A stretch of DNA of 54,551 nucleotides, filler included, from Bipalium vagum (GCA_037834085.1; 3 parts of 3 records of this genome joined end to end with filler, not necessarily neighbours in it), one strand, 5' to 3'. Shown: positions 26,201 through 39,348, numbered from the whole stretch's first letter. Numbers and translations: made by a program. The notes: generated by a model not told the origin, from the letters alone.

Positions 26201-29200
26201 TACTATAAAATCAAACATTAGACCCAAAAATAGTTTTAACATTAAAACTAATAATACAAGATAAAACTAATAATCCGGAAAACAACCTTTTAATAATATA
26301 GTTAAATGAATTTGAATAATCATTTTTTTACAATACGCAAAAAACAAAGTCTTCACATTTTACTGAATCAAATCATAATTTATTAATATTACTATTATTC
26401 TTCTTAGTTTACTCAATTATTAAATAGGCACTTTCATATAATTATAATAATTATTTAATATTAATTAAACAATAAGAATTATGTATAATAATAGTACACA
26501 ATAATATAATAATATATTATGTAATATAATAATAATAATAATATAGAAAATGAAATATTATTACAGAGAGAGTTAGAAAAATATTTAAACTTTCCAGATA
26601 AATATTATGGAATATGATCTGAAACATTTGAAACATTTGAACGCTGAAGAAATATCTTTAAAAATATAATAAAATAAAAAAATAATTTTAAAATATTGAG
26701 AAACTGTAAAAAAATAAAATTCAAAAAATCAAAAGTCCTACTCTGTTTACATATCAATCTGTTGTTAACAGAAAAGAAATTTTAGATCTATTTTAAATAA
26801 ATCTGCATTATTTATTTGTACCAAAATAATTACATTGATAACCAAAAAAAAGATCAAAATAACAAATAATAAAATAAAAATACTACTACAACTAATAATA
26901 ATAATAAATTAATAATAAATAATTAATGCAATAAAAGAAAATAATTAAATACATCAATATTTAAGAATTGGTCACATTTTCTGATTTTGAAGAGATTTTA
27001 TCGTAATTGCGCTCTAAACGTGTTTTTAAGATGAAACAATTATAAACAGAATAATGGCTTGCATATAATAAATTTCATTTAAGTTGGTAATTTGAAAAGT
27101 CTGTCATGTCCTTGAGAGATCCTTCACAAGTTAATAAATCTGTAAATTCTGAAAGTCTAATGAAAGTTTTATTAGAAAGAAAGTTGGCTCTACGAAGCTT
27201 TTCAATTAGCTATTAAAGAGAACCGTCCATATATTAATTAAATTTTTCTGTAAAACTTATTTAATACTTTCATAACTATTATAATTATTATAATTCTTCA
27301 CATTTTTTATCATTCCATTTAAACGATTCCTGTGTACATTATCAATTTTTTCATGCAGTCCGTTTTTTTCGATTACAAAAATGCTAATTTTGGATTTACT
27401 TTTCAATTTGTTCTTTTAAAATCCTTTCAAGGTAATTTTTTGAAATGGTAAAAACTCATAAAATAATTCATCTAGGCACTACGAGCTCAGTAAAGGTTAA
27501 GTTAAGATCAAAATATAATTTTCACTTAAAAATGGATTTTGGTTCATATTATAAACTTCAAAAAATTAACATTAGTATTTTTATTTCACAATTCCAAGTT
27601 TACTGAAAAAAACTGTTCTGTAAAGTACAAATCAAATAAATCAAAGAATTAAGCTTTAATTTTACCTAAGCTCCGTATTTAATTTCTATTCATTTTTTTA
27701 CAAATTTTAAAAAGTTGATCGAAAAATATGTAATATTACTTCATTTTTAGACTGAATTCAAAACTTTAATAATATTCGAAGAAAACCTTAATCTTCCTAA
27801 TTTATAATAAAAATCTTNNNNNNNNNNNNNNNNNNNNNNNNNNNNNNNNNNNNNNNNNNNNNNNNNNNNNNNNNNNNNNNNNNNNNNNNNNNNNNNNNNN
27901 NNNNNNNNNNNNNNNNNNNNNNNNNNNNNNNNNNNNNNNNNNNNNNNNNNNNNNNNNNNNNNNNNNATTAGTTTTTAATGTTTTGGTTCTTAATCAGGCT
28001 GTCTTAATTTAGATTTTTGATTCTATTTGAAAAATAATGATTCTCTATAAAACAACTGACAATGAAAAATTTTTATTTTGACAAAATTGATTATCCATAC
28101 TATGGTGAATTTCTTAAATTATTTGTGTTACACTTAATATTTCAACATCGATAAGCTGTGTGAGATACTTTCCTTCATGTCTAAATCAATCTATATTCAT
28201 TTAATTTCTTTTTACTGTTTAGAGTTTTCTATCTATTACTTTCGAGCAATGATCCTCCTATGCTGAAACATTAATTATCGAAATTTATTGATTGCAGCTC
28301 ACTACCACGACCCCCGTGAAAATGAATCACTTCTGTTGATTTATGAGAATGAATTTTTGTTATAATTCTATTTTACTAACTTAAAACCGTTACTAAAAAT
28401 AATTACAAAACTCGAAAATATCGTCATAAGTAAAGAAAATTTATTTTAAATTTCAAAAAAATTAAAAGTATAATCGATAAAGAAAGAAGATGAGGGTTTT
28501 TTCAAAAGTAATAAATTTAAAAGAATATGCTAAAAATTGGAGAAATGTATTATAAAGTATACATAATAATCTTATTGTCAGCTGATCTCATTGTTTCGGT
28601 ATTCTACGTTAACTTTTATTTGTTGTTCTCACACAATAGGTTCGTAAAAGTGATATCATTTGAATACGAATGTAATATTTTAACAATTTTTAATTTATAA
28701 TTATATTAAACATTTATTTTCATTTTACTATTGATTTATAATGAAATTTTTAATATGTTGATTCATCTGAATCCTTTAACCAATTGATTAAAATTAGCTT
28801 CTTTTAAATATTTGTTATGAAAAAGGTTTTTAGCGTAGTTTTTACAGGTGAATTTAAATCGGTAAACCGAGGGTCGGAAGGGAGTTGGATAAATGTTTCA
28901 AAGTTTATCAAATGAAAGCCAAACTAATCAAAATTAATTTCAGATATTAGACAGAACTCATTACATTTTTTGACTGAAGAACTTCACAAATAAAACAAAT
29001 ATGAAAAACGAAACTATGGAAATAGATTTTTATCGGAATTTCTATGACAATCAATTTAGTTTAACAATAAACAAAGTGCAATAATGAAATTTAACAATCA
29101 TTGGCAAGGCTTTTGGAAGACGAATTCTTATTATGTCAAATATAAAGTTTGAGGAATATTTAGAACAATAAGAAAGAAATTATAAATTTTTATCTGACTT

Positions 29201-32200
29201 TTCTATATTATTCATTCAATGCTTTTATTCCAGAACATTATTAATGTTTATTTGCTGATTAATTATATTTTTTATTAAATAAAATCCATTCTGATCAACA
29301 TATTTAACGTTTTAATCAGATTCTTATCTTTTTTTAATAATACTGGCTAACATTTTTTTGTACTGTCTTTTTGGAGACACTCATAAATTTCTTATTGTGA
29401 CATTATTATATGTTAGTAAACTACAGCCCACTAAAAAAACAGTAAAACAGACCAAAACAAATATTTTCTCTCAATCTAAGATTTAGTTTTGTAAGTAGTC
29501 TCTTTTTCAACCATGAACTACAAAATGCATCATTTAATTCATCAAATAACACAAAAAACGAATATCAATAATAAATTTTTATAATAATTAATCATAAATC
29601 AATTGACATTAATGTAAAAATCGATATTTACAATAATTTTGTAACTGAAATTGATGTGCAACAGAAAGTAAAATTTTAATTTATAAGACCAGACATGTGT
29701 AATAGAAAAGCTTTTTTGCAACATTTATCATAATAATGATTTAAAACAATAGACTTGAGAAAATAATTTTTAAAAACTCGTTAACATAATATTATTGATT
29801 TATTTCATTTTATTTTTATTGATTAATAAATTTATTACTCATTATAAACTAAAAATCACAAGCTAAGTTGTCAAAAAGAGCATTAACGAGCTTCAGAAAA
29901 CGATATTTGAACATTAATTAATCAATACAATTTAATTTCTATAATATAATAGTAATCGATGTTAATATTTTTAAAACCTAAATATGGTTTTATTTCGAAC
30001 CATTACCACAAAAATATTTTTGATATACAGTTTAGTCCGGTTATTAAGAATCGCCTATTGCCACAAAAGAAATTCGTAATATCCGATTTTTCGGATTAAC
30101 CGATTTACTGGTACTTTTCCTATTACGTAAATGAAAACAACTTTTTCTTTGTATAATAAAAAAAAGCTACAGAATTAAGACATTTTAGTTATTATCAACA
30201 TTAAAATAGTGGTCCAAGGTTGTTTGTTTAAGGGATAAAATGACAATTTTTGTTAGAGCACAATGAATTTTCAATTTTCGTCTGTTAATAAAATAATTGG
30301 CCATAATTCTAATAAAATATCAAAAATGAAATTAAAATATTAAACCAATAATTAATACAAATATTACCCAAAGGAGAACAAAATGGATAATTTTGTCTCG
30401 GAAAAAGTGAAATAAAATTCTAATTTATTGCACTAGCACAAATTTTACCGGGTGTTAAGTTTTAAGTGAAAGTTATCGGTTTTATATTGAGAATATTTTG
30501 TGAAAGAAAAGTGCTATAATACAGCTAGAAAGATAAAAAACTATGTCTACATCCAATCTTACCGACCACAAAGGGACAGACTGAGATAAAGATTGCCTAA
30601 AAATGTTGGGAAACGATCGATATATATTAGTGTGAAAATCGATAAAAACAAAATTACTTTTGTCCATATTCAACTGAAATTCTTTGGCAGTGAAGAGAGG
30701 ATTTTCTAAATTGATTTGAGATGAGGCAGTTGTTGCTGTTGTTGGTAGAGATGGTAGAGGTGGTGGTGATGATGGTGACGATGACAAGTCTAGAGAAATT
30801 TTCGACCTGGGTCGTAAGTTAATCAAACTACAGTAGTTACTACTAGATTTCGGTCGAAATGGCGTTTGGTCACTTGACCACAGATTACTATTAAATCTGA
30901 TACGATACGATTCGTGGCTGGCTTCGGAAACCAGTCGACGATGCGGTGTTCTCATTGGTTCTCGTTCATATGGATATCGCTCCAGCCATGTGAAAGTAGC
31001 ACTACGAGTTGGAGTCTCCATGTCACTGTTGTCAATTGAAACGTCTCCGGCTTTGCATAAAGAAGAGTCAATGCGATCCGCGAAATCCAATTCACTTTCT
31101 TCATTGATGCTGTTTCCTGAATCTATACGAGATCGAGTTCGAGGAGCTTCGGACACTGATCGTTGGAACCGAGGGATTCTGAATCACCAGTTGACTTGTA
31201 AATCCATGCTCGACTTTAAATAACATTTAACACATCTCATTCAGAGATATTAAAAACGAAACTGTCGCTATGACAACTTTTTAGTTTGTGAAATAATTTA
31301 AAGAAAATTAAAGAGAATCTTTTTGAAAAAAATATAAAGAGATTTTCTAAAAAAAATAACGGGATGAAAATTTGAATTTTAAAATCATTTATTTATTTTA
31401 TTTTTCAAAGTCCTTTAGAGAAAGACAGATAAAATGCGTATTTATTTTTTTTAGATAAAATCTATCCACTGTTGATTATATTGGAAAAAACTTCAATTAA
31501 TTTATTTTTAATTTAATATTATTGATATTTATAACTTAATCAATTTAGCTTATTTTCTATATTTTTTTTGTATTGGTTTATTCGAATTTTTCAGTTGTTT
31601 TAATTTTAAAATTATTAATTATTTTTTGTTTAAATTACAAAATATAATAATTAAAAGAAGAGTTAAATATGAAAAATTGTTATAGATTAATTATTTGAAA
31701 CATTAATTATAAAAGAAAAAATATTTTAATGAGTTGTAGGTAAAGAGCATTTCTTGTTCACAAAAAAGAGATCAATTACAAAAACCGAAATAACGAAGAC
31801 AATTAGAGACCAAATAATAATGAAAAGTAAATATTAGTCGTTATTGATCGATTATCATATTGCCGATCAAACAATTTTGCCTACATTAAGAAAACCAATA
31901 AAGAGAACAGTCTTGGAATTAATATGTATAATAAAAAATCCTTATGAAAATATCTGGAATGAAGTCATTAGAAACTTTATCTCGAGAAATGCAATTTGCT
32001 AATAATGCTATTTTATTTTTAAAAAATATCTTTCATAAATTAATTTGATATAATTAAATTACTTTTTGAAAAAAAGATTAAAGAGAAACCCGAAACTTAT
32101 ATCCTTTAACAATAAACCTTCCTTAACTGAACGCTATTCATTTCATACAGTTTCTTAAATTCAATTGTGACTAGATGCAGCATTTCGTTGGTGAAAGAAA

Positions 32201-34804
32201 ACTCTCGATTCTTCCACATGGGAGACACGGTTTGTAACAAAGACAAATCTGTTTCAAGGAAACGTTATTGGTTTGACTACAATAAATCGCTTAAGAGCCA
32301 TCCCAGTTCAGTATAACACCAAAAATCGGTTCACCATAACGTACAAACGGCGAAGAATAACATTTTGTCGAAAAACATGAGAATTAATTAGCAAATGCAA
32401 CATCGTTTTTGTTTCAACATATGACCAATGATTAATTAAATTCGAGCACGAGATTAAATTTTTGTAAATACCAAAACAAACTGTTGAAAAATTCCATTTA
32501 GCGATTTCAATTTCAGTACATAGAGAGTGACAGTTTAACGAATCGATGCTTAAGATCGGCACTTTTTGTTAATTTCAACACTTAACTGACATTAATTATT
32601 ACTATTTTCTTTTGAAAAAAAAATAAAATCTTTTCAAAACCTTCCATATTAAAAGATGATTATCAAATACATCAATATTATATCAGAAACCTTTTCTAAT
32701 AATCTTTATAACTGAAATAAAAACCCGAGGCCTCATGCCCAATTGATTAAAGTACTTTAAATCAGTTCACAGCTGAACTAATCAATTTGAGTTAGCTGAC
32801 ACTAGTTTTATATCCATAAAAATAGAACAAATTAAAAATCTATATGATAATAATAATGATGTGGTAAGCCAATTATCAGTTTTTCAGTATTGTAGTGCAC
32901 TTTAACCATTTGAGAATCGATTTTTTCCTTGAAAAAAGAAAAAAATTTCAAAAAATTGTCGAGAAAATTAAATAATCATTTGCAAAGACAATATTCTTCA
33001 AACTCAAACAGGTTTTTTATGCAATCATCAGAAATAAACTATCGTTAATGTTTTATGACATTTACACTGTTATTGTTAAGAGTGCACTGTATTTTTCAAT
33101 TGACTTGTGAAGATTAGATCGATATAACATCTCGGTTATGTTGATAAATAATGATAATAAATTTAATTTTAATAAGAAAAAAGCACAAAATTGATTTTTT
33201 AGTGAAATTGAACCTTACCTAAGCTAATATTAAAAATTATTTAATAGCAGGATTAATTAATTCAAATTTTGTTTATTTACCCTGTTGTTTCCTTGACAAT
33301 ACAATTTTAACAATGTATTAACACCTGAGTGGAAACCTTTCTCCTTGTTTCTCTAACTTGATCATTTCGGTCTTTGAGCATTTTTGCCAGGTAAATTTCT
33401 AATTAATCACAAATTTGTTTCCGATTGAATTTATTTATTTTTTTTGTGTAATCATTCCTCTTTTTTATTGGTAAAAGAAAAATAGCGAAATTGTCATTTA
33501 AATAGAAATTTTCAAAAATAAACAGAGAAACGGATTTCTAGACAATTTAAATTTCAGTGAAATTCTTTTTCTACGTTAAACAGATTGCAATGGAACAGTA
33601 GGATAAATAATAAAGTACAATAGTTGTAAATAAGCTTATAATCTAATATAATATCAGTTTGCCGTCATTGGAACAATAATTTGATCAGACAATGTTCCCA
33701 CAGACTGTCATGGTCAAATTGATGAGACAATCAATCCATTAATAATTAAAGTGACCACCATAACTCTACAAATATATATTGATTTACAGTATGATATATT
33801 GTTCAAATGTCAATTGGCTAAATTTTTCTAAGAATGGTAGATGACCACAGACAGAAGATGTAAAGACAGTCTTTCAACATTAAATCACTATTGGGCCGAC
33901 ATCAACCATTTTTACAATGACCGTGCTAGGTATTTTTTACACTGGAATAGTTTCGGCATGAAAGTATGATTGACGAGCACAATAGCGCTATACAACGGGT
34001 CACGTTTCGGAATCCTCGGAAATGTGAGGAGACAGACAGTGACTTACAAGAACAAGCTCTCTTGCCATATTTAAACATTTTTTGACGTGTAAATTTCTAA
34101 TTAAAAAATAACTTTATCTTTCACTGAATTTATTTATTTCTGTTGATATAGTTCGTCTTCTGATATTTAAGAAAATATCACTGTTGTTTATTGATTTCAA
34201 ATCGTTTTATCAATAGCTTCATGTTAAAATCTTCTCGTACACACAACAATACTTGTAAAATAGAAACCACAAACATCCGGGACTTAATTTCGCAATTTTT
34301 CTGTCTGGGATCAGAAGGGTTAGCGATAAAAACAAAAAACAATTAATAAACAATATGTTAATGTATGAGAAACAAATTGACAAATTTGAATGAAGTAAGG
34401 ACAAAACAAAATTTGACTGCAATTTGACTGTCACTCAATATGCAAAACCAATTACAAATTCAAATATGGAATATTGTGCTTCGTGTGTGTGTTTCAGTGT
34501 GTATGTACACATTATAAATACTTCAACAGCCGGTCTAGGGCAGCTCACTTATTTGTTATAATTAGCACGTGATCTGTATTGGTCACGAGAGCAATACAGA
34601 ATGAAGTACAAACAAACACACATAGTAAACACGCTCACACACACGCAGAGCTCCAATTAAGATCCAAAGAGTTGTCGTAGTCACCATTTTCAGATAAAAC
34701 CGTTGCTCAAATTACCAGGTTGTCATTTGTCAGGATTTTATTCGTCTTTTCTCATCTTTATTATATTATCATTTTTATCATTGTTTATTGATTTATTATT
34801 ACTA

Positions 34805-34860
<56 letters not shown>

Positions 34861-36805
34861 CATCATCATTTTCAAGACCATGTTTATCTGTTACTTTTTA
34901 ATTAATAATTGAAAAATCAATCTTAGGTTGCACACACTAAAATCAGAATTTTCAAAAGTAATCGAAATTAAGATCAATAAAATTTTCTTTATCAGATATC
35001 AGAGTGATAATAGATTGATTTTTCAGTGTTTTAGTAATGATATTTAATCAATTTAAAATGGAAAGATTGTGAATAAAATTCGCCGGAAAAATGGTAATTA
35101 TAACCTTGAGTTCGGGGTTTCGGGAAACATAAAGTTTGATGAGGAGCTCACAGGTGAATCGGGATTCAGTTCCATGTCAAAGGCACTGAATGTGCTGCTG
35201 GCGAAATTGTTTCGAACTGTGTGAAAAGATTCCGTTCTGAACCTTTGCATGACCATACAGCTTTCGTTGGGAGAATGGAAATTTTCCTGATTTGAGGAAA
35301 TAAGTTCCAATCGATCACAGAATTGTTTTGGAGAATGACAATTGAAAAAATGACTATTCGGCGCTTTTTGACCGGGTTGAAACGATTTGATAAAAAATAC
35401 ATTTTGTGGAAGATCAAATGAGGTTGTTTGTCTACTTTTGGAAGAATTCTTTCTCATTTCTTTACTGCAACCATATTCTATTATATCCTAAAGGAAAAAA
35501 TATTGACAGGGAAAGGTTAAAATGGATAATGTAGATATGTTAATAATAATAATATGTTATTTAATTATAAAGGTAATTAAAAACAAAATATTAATAATAT
35601 TTTTTAGCATTATCTCATCACTTTCAAATCCATATTATTAGTTATACCGCGAGACCTACGAAAAAAAATATTGATAATTTTGACACCACAAAATATTAAA
35701 TTTAATTGACTTTATTTAATTATTATTTTATTAATAAATTATTATTTAATTAATAAAATTTTATAAAATCCATTTCTTCTCACATTTAATATTGATTTGA
35801 TGATCGTTGACAAACGAGAAAAAAAACAAATAAGAAGTTCAAATCTGACAGAAAAATCAAATACAATGTCACCATTGTTATCATTAAAAGACTGAGCTGA
35901 ACATTGTTTGATTTCTATACTTGATAGATATATCTGTCAAATCGCTATGAACGTCTCAGGCGGATTATAAATAAAGTTTAGCAATGAAAGTAAAGTGACA
36001 AAAAAGATTATGTAAAGATATTGAAAACAATGTTCGCAATTTTAACAGGTTTTTTAGATTTGAAGATAAAAAATAATCATTTTGTCTAGAATAATTGAAT
36101 GAATTAAATTTATTGATTTGAATAAATATTAAATACTAATGAATAACTATTAGACCTAACCGAAATCTTCCAGGACATGAGCAATTTCGGTTCCACACAA
36201 CTTGGGTCTCTAATGAAGCTGATGTGAGAGCAATTGATGAGCAGCCTGCCTTCCAGTTTCGTCTTCATCTGATTGCCTTTATCACTGCATAAGAGAGCTG
36301 CAGGCTGGCTTATATCTTCGTAATGATAACATTTATATACATAATATTTATTGATAAATACCATTAAGATGTTTCTTTATATGATCACTCCATGATTTCA
36401 TTAAATTAAATTCTTTGAAAGCTAAACATTCTACTGAGTTTTTGCAAACAACAAACATCACATGGGATTCGTTATTCATGTGAATTCCATGCAAATGTCC
36501 ATAAACAACGTGCTTACTTACCAGAAAAGACGACCGCTTATTTTTACTTTTATCTTCAGCCAAAACCAAAAGTTTTACAGAATCTGTTTAAAATTTAAAA
36601 GTTTAATTATAAAATTATTATATAATTTCTGTAATAATATTTTGAACAAGTTTTAATTAACCTGAGAAGTTGTTCGTTCTAACAAGTTTACAGTACCTAT
36701 TTACCCACTAAATAAATGAATTTCATTAAAAAATATCAATCTGAGAATAAAATTTACTTTTTTTTTAAATCGAAAAAGAACATTATCTTCGATGATAACA
36801 TCCAT
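23299..36805 (-). CDS. DOK7: Dok-7-like PH + IRS-type PTB adaptor; exons 36805-36758, 36707-36662, 36583-36362, 36315-36161, 35487-35105, 31178-30658, 23501-23299 (1578 nt, 525 aa)
   Basis: MDVIIEDNVLFRFKKK|WVNRYCKLVRTNNFS|DSVKLLV...RSS...MFVVCKNSVECLAF...MKSWSDHI...FIRDP...WKIS|DIIEYG aligns with Dok-7 LVEGQVKLRDGKK|WKSRW...|DCLLMLV...RSS...LAIVCLSQAIMLGF...LARD...WKLSDLRRYG. The 46-nt exon 2 and intron phases 0,1,1 agree with human DOK7 boundaries as I recall them (c.54/55, c.100/101, c.331). All joins are GT-AG and keep frame. Ser/Pro-rich tail with a YVNL motif. The last two joins are inferred from phase and are less certain. Confidence 0.8.
23760..24280 (-). mobile_element. Tc1-like transposase remnant (in Dok-7 intron 6)
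   Basis: DKPRTGRPP (GRP linker), then EKYFTLSG..MPGNTCFYSSDKE and KILIWLAI..KGISVPYIG, with stops. Confidence 0.7.
24374..24870 (+). mobile_element. maT/DD37D-like Tc1-mariner N-terminal remnant
   Basis: TIR-like CAAGGTGTCTCAAAAATGTATACCAC, then EQRKFIIKNYFKFENIKEGQTLFKKEFQIDPPTRITISGIKDKFEK and TSVRQVNLELGISKDFVHRNLKR (two HTH motifs). Confidence 0.7.
25635..25685. repeat. compound (AAC)/(AAT) microsatellite
   Basis: Direct read. Confidence 0.9.
27818..27966. other. Assembly gap (149 N)
   Basis: Direct read; no linker. Confidence 0.97.
30028..30110. mobile_element. pogo/Tigger-like terminus
   Basis: TA|CAGT start with repeated CCGATT / CGGATTAACCGATT subterminal motifs; partner end not found. 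Confidence 0.4.
34807..34869. repeat. (AAT)n(CAT)3 microsatellite
   Basis: Direct read; it produces the spurious poly-Ile ORF 34703-34912. Confidence 0.97.
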
Positions 36806-37218
36806 GAAATTTTAAATTAACTTGACGCTAACTTAATCATAACAGATAATTAACAATTCAAACAAAACTTGTTAAACGGAATTTATTTTACTTACAATAT
36901 ATTGAAATATTTAGAACTGAAACTTATAACTTTTTAACTTCAAAAACTTATAACTTTGTATTTTGATTTTATAATATTAATTATATCTAAGTTAATTAAT
37001 CTAATTAATAATGTAATTTATAAAATATTTTATCAAATATTTGAAATAATATTATTACAATTGTAGATATGCAAACATCATCCCACAGGCTAATGACTCT
37101 TACCTGAATGTTCTATCAAGAATAAATGTAAACATTCAAGAGTGATAATAAACTTGGAATAACGTGCTTGGCCAGTTATTCGTTTGCTCTATTAAAGCAC
37201 TTCTAGTAAGCGGTGTTA

Positions 37219-38294
37219 TTGGGTTGATTTATAAGTTCGTGCGTTTTTTCTATAAAAAGCAAATTTAAAATATTTTTTTAATATTAACAAATTGCACATC
37301 ATTTGAAAGCTAAGAAAGAGAAGAGTAAGATACTTTTAATTATATTACGTTATATGTAGTTTGTGTATATATATTTATTCAGAAAAACAGCATGGATAAA
37401 TTAGAAATCCGTATACTTCTGAAACATTACTGGAAGCAGAATTTCAGAGCCAGATTGTTGGCTGAAACCGGAACATTACAACCATCCATGGTTCGTCATC
37501 TACATCAACATAACAGGGATATAAGTGCGTTTCTGAAGTACTTCATGATTTGACGCCAAGTCAAGCTGAACGCCGTTTGTCGATCTGTCGTCAAATAATC
37601 CAAATGTTGAACACTTTATGTCGCATAGTCACGTATGACGAAAAAAGGTATATTTTTATAATCCGCACAGGAGAAATCAATAGTTGAAACCAGACCAGAA
37701 GCCCAAGGCTGTTCCAAAACAAGATAGGTTCGGAAAAAAGATCATGTTGTGCGTGTGGCGGAGCTTTGAGGAGATAACACACTTCAAAGTACTTACAGAT
37801 GGCCAAACCATTACTTCTGAAATATATTCTGCTCAACTTGGTCGGATGTACCAATAATTAGGCATAAAATATCCTGCTGTAGTCAAGAGAAAGCAGGTGC
37901 TTCTGCAACAGGATAATGCTCATCCGCATACTGTGCGAGTAACCCAAAATAAAATTACCCAATTAGAATGAATTGAAATTTTATCACATCTTGCATTCAG
38001 TCCAGATGATGCACCCAGCGATTACCACCTTTATCGATCAATGGCTCATTTCCTTAGAGGACAAAAGTTTGAGAACATCAAACAGGTTAAAAATGGATTC
38101 CGTGAATTTTTCCTTTCCAAAGAAGAAGCATGGTACCGGAGTAACATCGAACAACTTGCCCATCGTTGGATTAAGACAGTTGAACATAATGATCTTTATT
38201 TTTCTGAAAAAAATTTGTTTGATTGTTAGTTTCTTAGCTCTAAAACATGCATAATATCTTCATTAAAAACGCAAGAACTTATGAATCAACCCAA
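37219..38294 (+). mobile_element. Near-complete mariner element with TIRs and TA target-site duplication (internally deleted, defective transposase)
   Basis: Left TIR TTGGGTTGATTTATAAGTTCGTGCGTTTTT versus reverse complement of right TIR TTGGGTTGATTCATAAGTTCTTGCGTTTTT (2 mismatches in 30). TA at 37217-37218 and 38295-38296. Transposase starts at 37393 (MDKLEIRILLKHYWKQ) and includes RIVTYDEK, QQDNAHPH and FSPDDAPSDYHLYRSM, with frameshifts and stops. Confidence 0.96.
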
Positions 38295-38426
38295 TATTAT
38301 CATTTCCAATAATTTTTCTAGAATATATTTTATAAGTATTCTTATTTTGGAAAGAAGTTGGTGTGTGAGTAGCATTTTTGACATGATACTTGCTGCAGAC
38401 TGAAAGCTTTTTCAATATTGTTAATA

Positions 38427-38602
38427 CAGTGAAACCTGCTTAAATTGAACACCATAGTGTCCTTGCAGAAAAGTTCAAATTAGAGAGGTGTTCAGATAAT
38501 CAAGGTGTTCAATTTTAACAAGTTGCATTACACATCTGTTTACACTTTTGTTCAATTTTACAAGGTTTTTGAAAAATAAAAATAAGGTAATTAAATTTAA
38601 CA
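38427..38602. mobile_element. pogo/Tigger-like terminus running into gap
   Basis: TA|CAGTGAAACCTGCTTAAATTGAACACC with repeated GGTGTTCA subterminal motifs. Confidence 0.6.
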
Positions 38603-38702
38603 NNNNNNNNNNNNNNNNNNNNNNNNNNNNNNNNNNNNNNNNNNNNTTAATTAATTAANNNNNNNNNNNNNNNNNNNNNNNNNNNNNNNNNNNNNNNNNN
38701 NN
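38603..38702. other. Assembly gap with artificial linker
   Basis: 44 N + TTAATTAATTAA + 44 N. Confidence 0.97.
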
Positions 38703-39348
38703 GATCAATTTGAATGAATTTTCTTCCTTTGTATGATCGAATCGTCTATGAACTGATTTCCTTTCTTTTCTCTTCTCCCTTTGCTTGAAATTGTTGCGAC
38801 TTATATATTCAAATTTTTTAGTAATTTTATATGACCTGTCAACTCTGATAAATCCTTGCTCGGGATAAATTGATATTTGATACACAATTAATTTCGTTTG
38901 ACAAGTTTGGAAATTTGATATCAGAATTTCTTGTAACTTTATTTTTCAATTATCGTTTTGACCAAAGTTTCTGTCGTTTTTTGTTGTGTTGTACTGTATA
39001 AATATTACAAAAACAAAATATTACAACAATTACATTTTATTACAGGTTTATCATGCAAAAGATTAAATCACATCAGGAATGGTTTTTTAAGTTATCAAAG
39101 AACATGCACAGATATAAGATATTTGAATCATTTACAAGTCACACAAGGGTTCATTTTTTATCTACAAATTGTTGGCCTGGGAGTCCCCACAGATGTCCAA
39201 TTATTGAAGAAGCATATTGGAATTGACGCTACATTTTTAACAAAAGGGTTCAAATTTACGATTTGGTTTATTAATTTATATGCAAGTAACACATGATATT
39301 TTTGGGGCTTGAAATGTTTAATTTCTGAAGCAATTAGTAAAAATTATC

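Noticed and set aside
30990-31223. 77-aa plus-strand ORF (likewise 43013-43258, 43328-43516, 45864-46070, 36462-36656)
   Set aside because: Antisense shadows of real minus-strand exons.
34703-34912. Poly-Ile hydrophobic ORF
   Set aside because: Translation of an AAT microsatellite.
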